Assembly (NCBI GenBank): GCA_031267915.1
Contig: JAIRYE010000010.1
Coordinates: 15,227 to 79,226, forward strand
Origin: Puniceicoccales bacterium
Lineage (GTDB): Bacteria; Verrucomicrobiota; Verrucomicrobiia; Opitutales; JAIRKQ01
DNA: 64,000 nucleotides
Direction: 5' to 3'
Part shown: positions 27,199-36,515 of the stretch, in pieces
How the letters are laid out: each line of letters opens with the position of its first letter
Numbering within the stretch: the stretch's first letter is position 1
Position numbers and translations under genes: made by a program
Notes under the pieces: generated by a model
What the model saw: the letters and a program-made list of their open reading frames with translations, nothing else
Database searches by the model: none
Told to the model about the DNA's origin: nothing

Positions 27199-29955
27199 TC
27201 AGCGTAAATCCGTTGTCGCCAGAGGAATGCTATCGGCGAAGTACTGGGAAAACACCTTGCCAAATATTTGCCGTTCAATAAGGCCGGTTTGCACAACTCG
27301 TTGCAGCTTGTCCAGTAGCTCCGGAGTTTGATCTACTATGTAATCGAATGCAATCGCACTGGTTGATTCTCCACTGTCTGGCTTCAGAAGCAAAATTTTT
27401 ACCTGGCCAAACCCAATCGTCCGCAGGGCAAGGGCATAGAGAAACAATTGCAGGCTTGAATAGCGTTGCATGTGCCATGCGACATTTTTCTCCGTCAGCT
27501 CAAAGTCACTACCAGTTTTAAAGTCAATGACCGTTACGGCGGACGAAAATGGATTATCTTCTTTTCCCGTCCCGGTGCTTAGCAAAAAATCTAGCCTCCC
27601 CGATAGCTTTACTTCCTCTTCTCCTATCCTAACGGCAAGATCTCTGGGAATTGAATACTCACTGCGAAAAGATTCCCATCCCCGCAGCGAAAATACTCTT
27701 CGAATCAGTCGCTTCGCGGCGACAATGGCTGAATTCATCGTTTCCGTGAACCCACTGGGAATTGGGGCATCGGCAGCAGCACATGCTTTGGCCACCATTG
27801 ACCTCAGCCTCCCAGCTCGCTCATCCACGTTGCCATGGAAAATCTCCGGAGATGTTTTTTTTACAAAATCGCTTCCCGCTTCGAAAATTTGCAGAAATTC
27901 ATGCGCAAATGATCCAAGGGAAATTTTTCTGTTTAAAGTCTTCGATTGCCAGGGCATTGGGGGTAGTTTGAGCACAGAGTCATAGAAGCCAAGGTGGGGA
28001 TTTTTTAGCAAATATTCAAAGGATTTGCATGAAATTTTTACGCCAAATTTTTTGTCAATTGCAAAGCAATAGTCATGCAAATTCATCTCCAAATTATGCC
28101 TAATCGCATAGGAGCTGGCGCAATTTTCTATGCTTTTGCGATCCTCATCGGAGAGAGATCCGCGCAGTGGAAATTCACGCACTGGTTTAGCCAGTAGCTT
28201 GCTTTCCATTTCCTTTGTGTAAAATTCTCCACGCAGAGTATGGAGCGTTTCGGAGAAAATTTTCGCCGGTTTCACCTGTGCGCCGTCGCCGGAAAAATTC
28301 TTTGCTGCAAATGAAAAAAATAGCGAACTGCGTCTGCCGAGACTATCAAAAATTGCATGCTGCAAATGAAGCCTGTCGGAATGTGTTGGAAAATAATTCT
28401 GCGCACCGCAAATGGTACGCTCTCCATTACTCTCCTCTGTTGCATGTGAATTAATTCTTTTGACAGCGTCTTCCGGAAGCCAACAATTATCTTCCCCAGG
28501 ATCAAAATCCTTCGCGCTCATTCCGGGAACAAACACGTGCGTGAAATTTTGTTTATACGCAGAATCCACACCAATCAAAACAACATTGGCACTGGCATTT
28601 ATCGTGCAATTTTTATCCCTCAGCCTCACAAATCTAGAAAAATATTTTATCAAACTATCTCGTGGGAAAAATTTTTTTACGTGGGCACAGCTTAGTTGCT
28701 CAGCCAGTGTGTCCAATAATTTCTGCGGGAGAACGCCGGCAAATGCACCGATAAAATTCTTGCAAAACTTCTCAAATTGGAATCTTTTGCCGTGCATATC
28801 ATACCTTTCCACAATATCGAAAGAATGAACATTCTTCAGATTGGCAAATTCCAGGACAATATCGTAATTTTCCGACATGCACTTTCCCTGCAACCCGGGC
28901 AAAGTCGTGGCAATTGCATTGAAATCCTCCCGGGCAAGCAGATCATTTGCAAGTAATTCTGCGCAGAATCTACAAAAACTGGCGGTGTCTCTTCCGGTCT
29001 GCCAATCGTCCCACAGAGAAACTATAACTTCCCAATTTTTAGGATCTTTCCCGCATCGCCCTACACCATCGCAGTAGGAAATTCCACGCAACTCAAGCTT
29101 ATCCAAAAACATTGGCAGGGAAACTGACTGCGCGCCACCGAAACAAATACCTATTTTCGCAGATGAAGTGGCGGATAGAATTTTTTCAATTGCGTCAACC
29201 GCGAAATCAACCTCATCAACCACCGTTTCGCAGACAAGAAAATTTACGCCCGCCAAACTGTTTTCCGATGAATCATTCTCCGGGTAAAATTTACACTCTC
29301 CAAAGATCCGTTCCAGCGTGTTTAGCCACAGGTGAATAAACTCCGCATCTCCGAAATCATGGGTGATTATATCCGAATGCGTGCAGCATTTGGCGGCGGC
29401 TTCCATGAGCACCTTGGCTTTGTCAAATGGTTGAAAGCCATGGAAAACAATTCGCCAATTAAGGAATTTACCCGCTGCAGACGACAACCCCAGCAGCAAT
29501 TTATCGGCATCCCACTCGCACATGAAATCATTTTCCGCAATTTTCCTCCGGAGGATTTCGAAAAACGAACATAATTTCGGAGAGAAAAAATCGCTTGGCT
29601 TTATTGCCAGGTGAAAAATTTCGTAGAATGCCTGCAGTGTTAAATTTTTCCCCGCGACTATCGCATTGCTCACGCAGTCATCCGTTTGCATTTCCCCTGC
29701 GACCTCGTCAAAAAATAAACTGACCAGCCCGGGGCTGCAAAATTTTCCCCGCACACCGAAAGCTTCCATCAAATTTTCCCGCAATTCATGAGCCGTCAGA
29801 AAATTGATTGACTGTAAATCGATGCCCTCCTCCGATAAAATTAATTTCAGCTGCCAAATGTCGTCGAATGTTGGAACGACGAGCACAGACTGAGCAAAAT
29901 TAATGCCCGATTCGCCAATAAATTTTGAAATTGATCCAATAACATGGGTTGCCAT
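27199..29955 (-). CDS. AddB/RecB-family protein with a C-terminal PD-(D/E)XK nuclease domain and no Walker A seen
   Basis: 918 aa. The C terminus has GRLDFLL, TVIDFKTG (D-x-K) and LQLFLYALAL (QxxxY), the RecB/Cas4-type nuclease motifs. There is no GxGKT and no Cys cluster. Confidence 0.7.
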   Translation of the reverse strand: MATHVIGSISKFIGESGINFAQSVLVVPTFDDIWQLKLILSEEGIDLQSINFLTAHELRENLMEAFGVRGKFCSPGLVSLFFDEVAGEMQTDDCVSNAIVAGKNLTLQAFYEIFHLAIKPSDFFSPKLCSFFEILRRKIAENDFMCEWDADKLLLGLSSAAGKFLNWRIVFHGFQPFDKAKVLMEAAAKCCTHSDIITHDFGDAEFIHLWLNTLERIFGECKFYPENDSSENSLAGVNFLVCETVVDEVDFAVDAIEKILSATSSAKIGICFGGAQSVSLPMFLDKLELRGISYCDGVGRCGKDPKNWEVIVSLWDDWQTGRDTASFCRFCAELLANDLLAREDFNAIATTLPGLQGKCMSENYDIVLEFANLKNVHSFDIVERYDMHGKRFQFEKFCKNFIGAFAGVLPQKLLDTLAEQLSCAHVKKFFPRDSLIKYFSRFVRLRDKNCTINASANVVLIGVDSAYKQNFTHVFVPGMSAKDFDPGEDNCWLPEDAVKRINSHATEESNGERTICGAQNYFPTHSDRLHLQHAIFDSLGRRSSLFFSFAAKNFSGDGAQVKPAKIFSETLHTLRGEFYTKEMESKLLAKPVREFPLRGSLSDEDRKSIENCASSYAIRHNLEMNLHDYCFAIDKKFGVKISCKSFEYLLKNPHLGFYDSVLKLPPMPWQSKTLNRKISLGSFAHEFLQIFEAGSDFVKKTSPEIFHGNVDERAGRLRSMVAKACAAADAPIPSGFTETMNSAIVAAKRLIRRVFSLRGWESFRSEYSIPRDLAVRIGEEEVKLSGRLDFLLSTGTGKEDNPFSSAVTVIDFKTGSDFELTEKNVAWHMQRYSSLQLFLYALALRTIGFGQVKILLLKPDSGESTSAIAFDYIVDQTPELLDKLQRVVQTGLIERQIFGKVFSQYFADSIPLATTDLR

Positions 29956-29968
29956 TGCCGACTAGTTC

Positions 29969-30343
29969 CTATTTTTCTCCGCCTGGTTTTACTGCCGGGA
30001 CGCTGGGCCGAATCGAGTGGGAACGTCTATATTGATACCTGTTGAATTTCTGCATGCTCAGCTGATCTCTAGTCCTGGTCCGCTTTGAAAAATTTTTCTG
30101 CGGGAGGAGCTTAGCATCGCGGGATTCAAATCTTTTCGATAAACTTCTGAAGGACTTGCTGCCGCTTTCCGCATTGAAAACAACTCTTGGCGGATGAGTT
30201 CTTTCATCGATTAAATTTTTCTCCGCCAGACGCTGGATGGCGTAAGCATCACTCCCAGCAAACAGTATCCCAAAGAGCAAACCAATAGAAGCAATATTTT
30301 TCACCGGGAAATTTGATGAAATTAATTTTTTCAGCGATGGCAA
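29969..30343 (-). CDS. Hypothetical small protein with an N-terminal signal or anchor, basic
   Basis: 124-aa ORF 13 nt upstream of the AddB-like gene start, same strand. It has one hydrophobic segment (IASIGLLFGILFAGS) and is rich in R/K/S. Confidence 0.4.
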   Translation of the reverse strand: MPSLKKLISSNFPVKNIASIGLLFGILFAGSDAYAIQRLAEKNLIDERTHPPRVVFNAESGSKSFRSLSKRFESRDAKLLPQKNFSKRTRTRDQLSMQKFNRYQYRRSHSIRPSVPAVKPGGEK

Positions 30344-30396
30344 AAATATTTTAAAAATTGTGGCCGAAGGCTGTGGTTAAATTTCATGCGGGTGCT

Positions 30397-31605
30397 TCAC
30401 ACCTGCCCAATTTGTTTCAGTAAATTCACGAATTCCGTGTTCTTCATGGCTTCAAACGGCTTTCCGCCTTTTATCCTGGAAAATTCTATGCACGCCATCT
30501 GATTGCCATTCCTTTCATCAAGGCCCACTACTCCCGATTCCCCCGCCACAGCAAACTCCACAGCTTTTTCTGCGCTGTCGTTTACCAGAGCAATATCATA
30601 GAGATTCGATGGTGCAGAGCGGGCGAAATATCCACTCTTTTGGACCAGTGTTTTTTCCGCTCCAATTTTTTCAGCACACCGAGATCCAAACCACTGACCG
30701 GGGTTAACGGCATCAAGCTTGACGTGTCCAAATGCATCACTGGGAACTGTTTTCCCCCGACTCCTAATTCCGGAAATGATTTCATCCACACACGCTCCCT
30801 CACTTATGAAAATGTTTACGCATCCAACCCTAGCCATTACCTCTTCCAATCGCTCCGCTTCCCTTTCGACATTTATCGTCATCTCCGGCACATATATTCC
30901 GTGAATGGAATACTGCTCTTCCGACATCCCGAGCGATGGGAAAAACATTCGCTCCTTTAATCTTTTCATGTAAACGAGCGCCGACGTTGCGGTAAGCCAC
31001 CCGCATTTACGCCCCATCACCTCGTGGATAATAAACATTTTTGGGTTTGCAGTTACCTCAGCAACGATGTGTTCAAAGAACAGTGCAGTCTGCTCAGCAG
31101 CTGTGTTCGCTCCCAAGCTGTAAGCGATTGGAATAATGTCGTTATCCACGGTTTTGGGCAACCCAATGACCTGCAGTGCATATCCTTTTTCGCGCAAATG
31201 CCCTGACAAACATGCGGCGGCTGTGTTCGTGTCATCACCGCCAATCGTGTGCAAAACTTCCACTTTATCCCTAACTAACTGCTCCGAAGCAACGGTCAGC
31301 GGATTTTGCCCATTCTCGATGAAACCACGATTTACGCAGTCTTCAACGTTCGTCAATTTTACACGACTATTTCCGATAGGACTTCCGCCAGTCTTATACA
31401 GATGCTCAATGGATTCAACTACTCCGTGGGACACGCCAACCGAATCTCCGAGCAATAATCCAGCATATCCATTGCGGTAGCAAATTATTTCAATTTCCGG
31501 GGAAAGTTTATTGTATTCCTCTATTAGTGCAGCAAGAGCAGAAGATAAACAGGGGGCAATCCCTCCAGCAGTTAATATGGCTACCTTTTTCATACTTGAT
31601 ACCAT
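30397..31605 (-). CDS. pfp: Pyrophosphate-dependent 6-phosphofructokinase (short Pfp type)
   Basis: ILTAGGIAPCLS, TIGGDDTNTAA (GGDDT rather than GGDGS) and GLPKTVDNDI (Lys rather than Gly) are the residues classically separating PPi-PFK from ATP-PFK. The start is 31605 or 31593. Confidence 0.9.
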   Translation of the reverse strand: MVSSMKKVAILTAGGIAPCLSSALAALIEEYNKLSPEIEIICYRNGYAGLLLGDSVGVSHGVVESIEHLYKTGGSPIGNSRVKLTNVEDCVNRGFIENGQNPLTVASEQLVRDKVEVLHTIGGDDTNTAAACLSGHLREKGYALQVIGLPKTVDNDIIPIAYSLGANTAAEQTALFFEHIVAEVTANPKMFIIHEVMGRKCGWLTATSALVYMKRLKERMFFPSLGMSEEQYSIHGIYVPEMTINVEREAERLEEVMARVGCVNIFISEGACVDEIISGIRSRGKTVPSDAFGHVKLDAVNPGQWFGSRCAEKIGAEKTLVQKSGYFARSAPSNLYDIALVNDSAEKAVEFAVAGESGVVGLDERNGNQMACIEFSRIKGGKPFEAMKNTEFVNLLKQIGQV

Positions 31606-31734
31606 CGTATTATTTGTCCCACCTCCTGCAATTAAAATTTCGCAAAGATTTCACAGATAGTAAATTTATACCAAAATCATTTTCATCTTTTACTTGCATC
31701 CACATTCCTTGTTTTTAGCATCCATGAATTTGCT

Positions 31735-32718
31735 ATGAAAATAAAAACTTTGATTACCTGTGTTTCTTGCTTTTGCACATTCGCACTGTGTGGCTGTAAT
31801 TCTATAGCTGAGTACAGTTCAGTAATCAAGAATAGCACTCCTGCGCAAGTCCCTCAAAACAGTTCTGAAATCTACACAATTGCGATGTCAATTTCCCCAA
31901 ATGGAAAACACATTGTCTCGGATGAATGCTCCGCGTGGATCATAATTGACGGGGAAATGCACCAGATGAACAAGGTTAAAGATTTGGAATACACACACAA
32001 TTACAAAAGATCTGCCGGGAGACACAAGGCAACCTACTACTACGAGGTCGACTACAAAGAAAAATCCACGCTCGGTGGGAAATTCAAGTCCGAACGCTCG
32101 AAATTATACAATCTAACAATTTCAAACAGATATGTCATCGGATTCGAAAGTAACCGTGGCATCCCGGGCTCAACGTGCACGCTGCTCGGCCGTGGATTCG
32201 AAGAGGGAGATAATATTGAAATCAACGGCATCCCCTGCGAAACGACATTTGTCTCCCCGAATGCTCTGTCTTTCGCTGTTCCCCTATTGAACAATTGCGG
32301 AAAATATCACGCAAAGCTCGTCAGTGACAATGGAGATCTCGGCGTCGGAGACTTCACCGTAGATCCCATCGCGCTTCACGCTAATCTGTCAAAAATCGAA
32401 CTGTCATCCGGGGAGAAACAAATACTCATCATCACAACGGATATTGAGGCTCCAAAGACAGGCATTTTGGTGGATGTGACCACGAATATTTGGGATAGCA
32501 TCATAATGAAGGACATTTTTATACCAGCTGGGGCCCGATCTGCCGCTGCAGTGATTCAGGGAGGAACGCCAGGGTCCGGAATGTTGTATCTGACTGCCAA
32601 TGGATTTGATGAATTGAAAATCCCGCTGGAAATTGTTCCCTCCAGGAGCGTACGCAGCAGCCAGGAGCAGGTAAACGATGAAGAATTTTCCGACGAGGAA
32701 TTTTTAACTCTGAAATGA
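31735..32718 (+). CDS. Lipoprotein with an IPT/TIG-like domain
   Basis: Lipobox FALCGCNS. The central GSTCTLLGRGFEEGDNIEINGIPCETTFVSPNALSFAVP resembles an IPT/TIG Ig-like fold. Its stop overlaps the glgB start (ATGA). Confidence 0.6.
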   Translation: MKIKTLITCVSCFCTFALCGCNSIAEYSSVIKNSTPAQVPQNSSEIYTIAMSISPNGKHIVSDECSAWIIIDGEMHQMNKVKDLEYTHNYKRSAGRHKATYYYEVDYKEKSTLGGKFKSERSKLYNLTISNRYVIGFESNRGIPGSTCTLLGRGFEEGDNIEINGIPCETTFVSPNALSFAVPLLNNCGKYHAKLVSDNGDLGVGDFTVDPIALHANLSKIELSSGEKQILIITTDIEAPKTGILVDVTTNIWDSIIMKDIFIPAGARSAAAVIQGGTPGSGMLYLTANGFDELKIPLEIVPSRSVRSSQEQVNDEEFSDEEFLTLK

Positions 32719-34916
32719 TAATATCCGCGGAGGAATTGGGGAGTTTTACATGTGCCCGACACGCTTGTCCACACGACAGGCTCGGCATGCACAAGGTCCT
32801 GGAACATGGAAAAATCGCTGGGCTCGTTGTGCGGGCGTATTTGCAAAATGCAGCGGCATGCACTGTGATCGACACAGCAAGCGGAGATAGGTTTCCCATG
32901 TCGATGCTTCATGAAAGTGGATTCTTCGAAGTATTTATTGCAAAGAAAACGGAAAACTTTCCACATAAATTTGCCATCACAACCCACCAGAGGACCGAAA
33001 TTCTACGAAGTGACCCCTACTCCTTCCTCTCCACTCTGAGTCACTTCGATTGCCATCTATTTGGTCAGGGGAAGCACCGGCAAATTTTCAATCACATGGG
33101 AGCAAATGCTCGTGTAATCGGTGGAGTAAGCGGAACAGCATTTGCCCTGTGGGCACCAAATGCAAAGCGGGTGTCAGTCGTCGGAGATTTCAACAGCTGG
33201 GATGGAAGATATCACCCCATGCGCATGCTGGGATCGTCCGGCATCTGGGAGCTATTCATTCCGGGCATCGGAAATTTCGAAAAATACAAATACGAACTCA
33301 TCGGAGCACACGGACAGCTGATGCTGAAGAGCGATCCCTATGGCAAATATTTCGAATCTCCACCCAACAATGCAGCGCTGGTATTTGATTCATCCAGCTA
33401 CCAGTGGCACGATGGCAAATGGCTTTCAAAGCGAACTAAAACAAGCTGGCACCGAAGCTGCATGTCAATATACGAGGTGCATCTGGATTCCTGGATGCGG
33501 GTTCCTGAGGAAAACAATAGGCCGCTGGCCTACGTGGAGTTGGCTGAAAAATTATCCGCATATGTAAAAAAAATGGGATTTACCCACGTCGAATTTCTCC
33601 CGGTGACGGAATACCCATTCCTCGGATCATGGGGCTACCAGGTCACTGGATTTTTTGCTCCAACACACCGCTATGGGACTCCAGCAGATTTCATGCAGCT
33701 GGTGGATATTTTACATCTAAATGACATAGGCGTCATCATTGACTTCGTCCCGGCACATTTTCCCAGAGATGCATTTGCCCTCGCTGAATTCGACGGTACG
33801 AACCTATACGAACACGAAGATGGTCGCCAGGGAAGTCACAGAGAATGGGGAACGCTGGTGTTCAACTACGGTCGCCATGAGGTGCGAAACTTCCTCATTG
33901 GAAGTGCAATAAATTGGATGGAAAGATTTCACATCGATGGCATTCGGGTAGATGCGGTTGCCTCCATGTTGTATTTGGACTACTCGCGGCAGGACGGCGA
34001 TTGGCTACCCAATCGCTACGGCGGGAAGGAAAACATTGAAGCCATGGAATTTCTCCGGGAAATGAATGACGTCATCCACGAAATGTTCCCGGGAGCTGTG
34101 ACAATTGCTGAGGAATCCACGGCTTTCAGTGGAATCACACGCAGCACACAATATCACGGCATCGGCTTTGATTTCAAGTGGAACATGGGATGGATGCATG
34201 ACACTCTGCACTACTTTTCAAAGGATCCAATTCACCGCAAGTACCACCATAATCAGCTGACGTTTGCAATGCTCTACCAGTATTCCGAGAATTTCATCAG
34301 CTCCATTTCCCATGATGAAGTGGTGCACGGGAAACGCTCCATGCTGTATAAAATGCCGGGCGCCACCATCGCGGAAAAGGCACGCCACCTAATGGCGCTC
34401 TACTCCTACATGTGGATGTGGCCCGGGAAGAAAACTCTTTTCATGGGCTGCGAATTTGGCCAGAGCGACGAATGGCAGTATGATAAAAGCCTCGACTGGC
34501 ACCTGCTTCAGTATTCCGACCATCAGCGTGTGCAAAATCTTGTGACTGACCTGAATAAAATTTACCGCAGTCATGATTTTCTTGGAGAGTACGATGTCGA
34601 TTCCCGTGGTTTTGAGTGGATTTCCTGCGACGACTGTGACAACTCGGTAATTGCGTTCCTGCGCAGAGGTGACAATGGCGAATCAATGGTTGTTATTTGC
34701 AATTTCACACCAGTTGAACACAGCGGATACCGCATCGGAATTTCAAAAAAATGCTTCTGGAAGGAAATTTTTAACGGAGATTGCGAACGCTACGGCGGCA
34801 TGAATCGCGGAAATTTCGGAGGCAAATTCGCCGAAGATGTTCCGCTCCATGGTAGAAAATTTTCCCTGGAGTTGTATCTGCCGCCCCTCGCCACCATTTG
34901 CCTGATCCCAGCGTAG
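32715..34916 (+). CDS. glgB: 1,4-alpha-glucan branching enzyme
   Basis: 733 aa with GVSGTAFALWAPNAKRVSVVGDFNSWDGR (CBM48) and the GH13 catalytic regions DFVPAHF, GIRVDAVASMLY, AEESTAF and SHDEVVHGK. Confidence 0.95.
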   Translation: MIISAEELGSFTCARHACPHDRLGMHKVLEHGKIAGLVVRAYLQNAAACTVIDTASGDRFPMSMLHESGFFEVFIAKKTENFPHKFAITTHQRTEILRSDPYSFLSTLSHFDCHLFGQGKHRQIFNHMGANARVIGGVSGTAFALWAPNAKRVSVVGDFNSWDGRYHPMRMLGSSGIWELFIPGIGNFEKYKYELIGAHGQLMLKSDPYGKYFESPPNNAALVFDSSSYQWHDGKWLSKRTKTSWHRSCMSIYEVHLDSWMRVPEENNRPLAYVELAEKLSAYVKKMGFTHVEFLPVTEYPFLGSWGYQVTGFFAPTHRYGTPADFMQLVDILHLNDIGVIIDFVPAHFPRDAFALAEFDGTNLYEHEDGRQGSHREWGTLVFNYGRHEVRNFLIGSAINWMERFHIDGIRVDAVASMLYLDYSRQDGDWLPNRYGGKENIEAMEFLREMNDVIHEMFPGAVTIAEESTAFSGITRSTQYHGIGFDFKWNMGWMHDTLHYFSKDPIHRKYHHNQLTFAMLYQYSENFISSISHDEVVHGKRSMLYKMPGATIAEKARHLMALYSYMWMWPGKKTLFMGCEFGQSDEWQYDKSLDWHLLQYSDHQRVQNLVTDLNKIYRSHDFLGEYDVDSRGFEWISCDDCDNSVIAFLRRGDNGESMVVICNFTPVEHSGYRIGISKKCFWKEIFNGDCERYGGMNRGNFGGKFAEDVPLHGRKFSLELYLPPLATICLIPA

Positions 34917-35082
34917 GATGATCAAAATTAATTGACAAATAAATGGAGAACATTCCCCATGGGTGGCAGCAAAATTTGCACATAAAAAATGATTTTCTTG
35001 TAATTCTGAAAAAATTTAATTTCCTGCTCTGCAGGTCCGTTTTACACAATTATGCTTTTTTTTACAGAAATGGACTTTACCA

Positions 35083-36450
35083 ATGCGGTTGATTGATTTA
35101 AATAGAACCAGAGATATAGGATCTTCGTGCCTGTTTGCAGAGATAGGAAGCTTTAACATTTTGTTCGACTGCGGAACGAGTCCAAAGTGCACCGGCTACT
35201 CCTCCCTGCCAGACTTCAAAAAACTTGGTGCGGCGGCCATCGACCTCATCCTGATTTCTCACTGCCACCTGGATCACGTGGGGTCCGTGCCGTATCTCAT
35301 ACGCAAACAGCAGCAGGCCCGCATACTAATATCGCAGGCGTCGCACATCGTTCTCCCGAGAATTCTGAACAATTCCGTCACCGTTATGAAACTGCAGCGG
35401 GACGAACATGGCATAAAAGAGTACCCATTCTACACAGCGACTGACATCGAAGCCATGGAGCAACACATTCTTCCAATGCAGTTTGGGAAGTCGCGCACGC
35501 TGAGAAAGGACGGCGACGAAATAGTCATAACATTTTTCGAAGCTGGGCATGTTCTCGGCGCCAGTTCCATCCTGGTCGAACATAAGCACAGAAAAATATT
35601 CTACACCGGGGACGTCCTGTTCCGCGACCAGAAAACACTCCGGGGAGCCAAATGGCCATCCTGCAAAGTTGACACTATAATCACTGAAACGACCCGCGGA
35701 ACAACAGTTAGGAAAGAAGAATGTTCGCCAAGCAGTGAAACGGAACGCCTGGTCACAACAATTCGCAACACAATCGACAGCGGCGGATCGGTCCTGATTC
35801 CGGCCTTTGCGTTTGGGCGCATGCAGGAGATTCTAAAAATTATAAACTCCGCCAGAAAAGAAAAAAAATTGCAGGCGAATACTCCGATTTTTTGTTCCGG
35901 GCTGGGCTATGGTCTTGTGGATGATTTCGATATGGCGGCAAAGAAATTGTCAGCTGTGGACTTCAGGAGAAAAATCGCCAAGGAACTGAACATAAAAATT
36001 TTCCGCGGAAATAATCCCAAAGATATAAAAAAACAGACGAAGGAACCATCGATTTTTGTTCTAAGCAGCGGCATGCTCGTGGAAAATACTTCCGCGTACA
36101 ATGTCGCGTCGGCACTAATTGATGACCACAGAAATGCCATATGTTTCGTCGGATTCTGCGATGATTCAACGCCCGGCGGAGAGCTGCAGAAATGTTCCCA
36201 GGGCGATTCTTTCCTGTTTAAAGCTCAAAACTACGTGGCAAAAATTTTCGCAAAAATGTATAAATTTGACATGAGTGGACATGCGGATAGGGAGGAAATT
36301 TTGAAAAAAGTTATTGGCATGTCTCCGCGTGCTATTGTTCTCGTCCACGGAGAAGAGGATGCGCGCAATTGGTTTATGGATGAGCTAATTGAAGTTGCTC
36401 CCAAGGTGCAGATCTGGGACATGAATCCCGGCGAAGAATTTACAATTTAG
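35083..36450 (+). CDS. MBL-fold beta-CASP family hydrolase (RNA-metabolising type)
   Basis: ISHCHLDHVGSVPYL (HxHxDH), TFFEAGHVLGAS, the beta-CASP insertion, and C-terminal SGHADREE...VLVHGE. Confidence 0.8.
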   Translation: MRLIDLNRTRDIGSSCLFAEIGSFNILFDCGTSPKCTGYSSLPDFKKLGAAAIDLILISHCHLDHVGSVPYLIRKQQQARILISQASHIVLPRILNNSVTVMKLQRDEHGIKEYPFYTATDIEAMEQHILPMQFGKSRTLRKDGDEIVITFFEAGHVLGASSILVEHKHRKIFYTGDVLFRDQKTLRGAKWPSCKVDTIITETTRGTTVRKEECSPSSETERLVTTIRNTIDSGGSVLIPAFAFGRMQEILKIINSARKEKKLQANTPIFCSGLGYGLVDDFDMAAKKLSAVDFRRKIAKELNIKIFRGNNPKDIKKQTKEPSIFVLSSGMLVENTSAYNVASALIDDHRNAICFVGFCDDSTPGGELQKCSQGDSFLFKAQNYVAKIFAKMYKFDMSGHADREEILKKVIGMSPRAIVLVHGEEDARNWFMDELIEVAPKVQIWDMNPGEEFTI

Positions 36451-36515
36451 CCTGAAAAGAAATTCTCTGTGCTGGGGAATTGATAAATTGATTTATTTTT
36501 CCAAAATGCGTGCAT

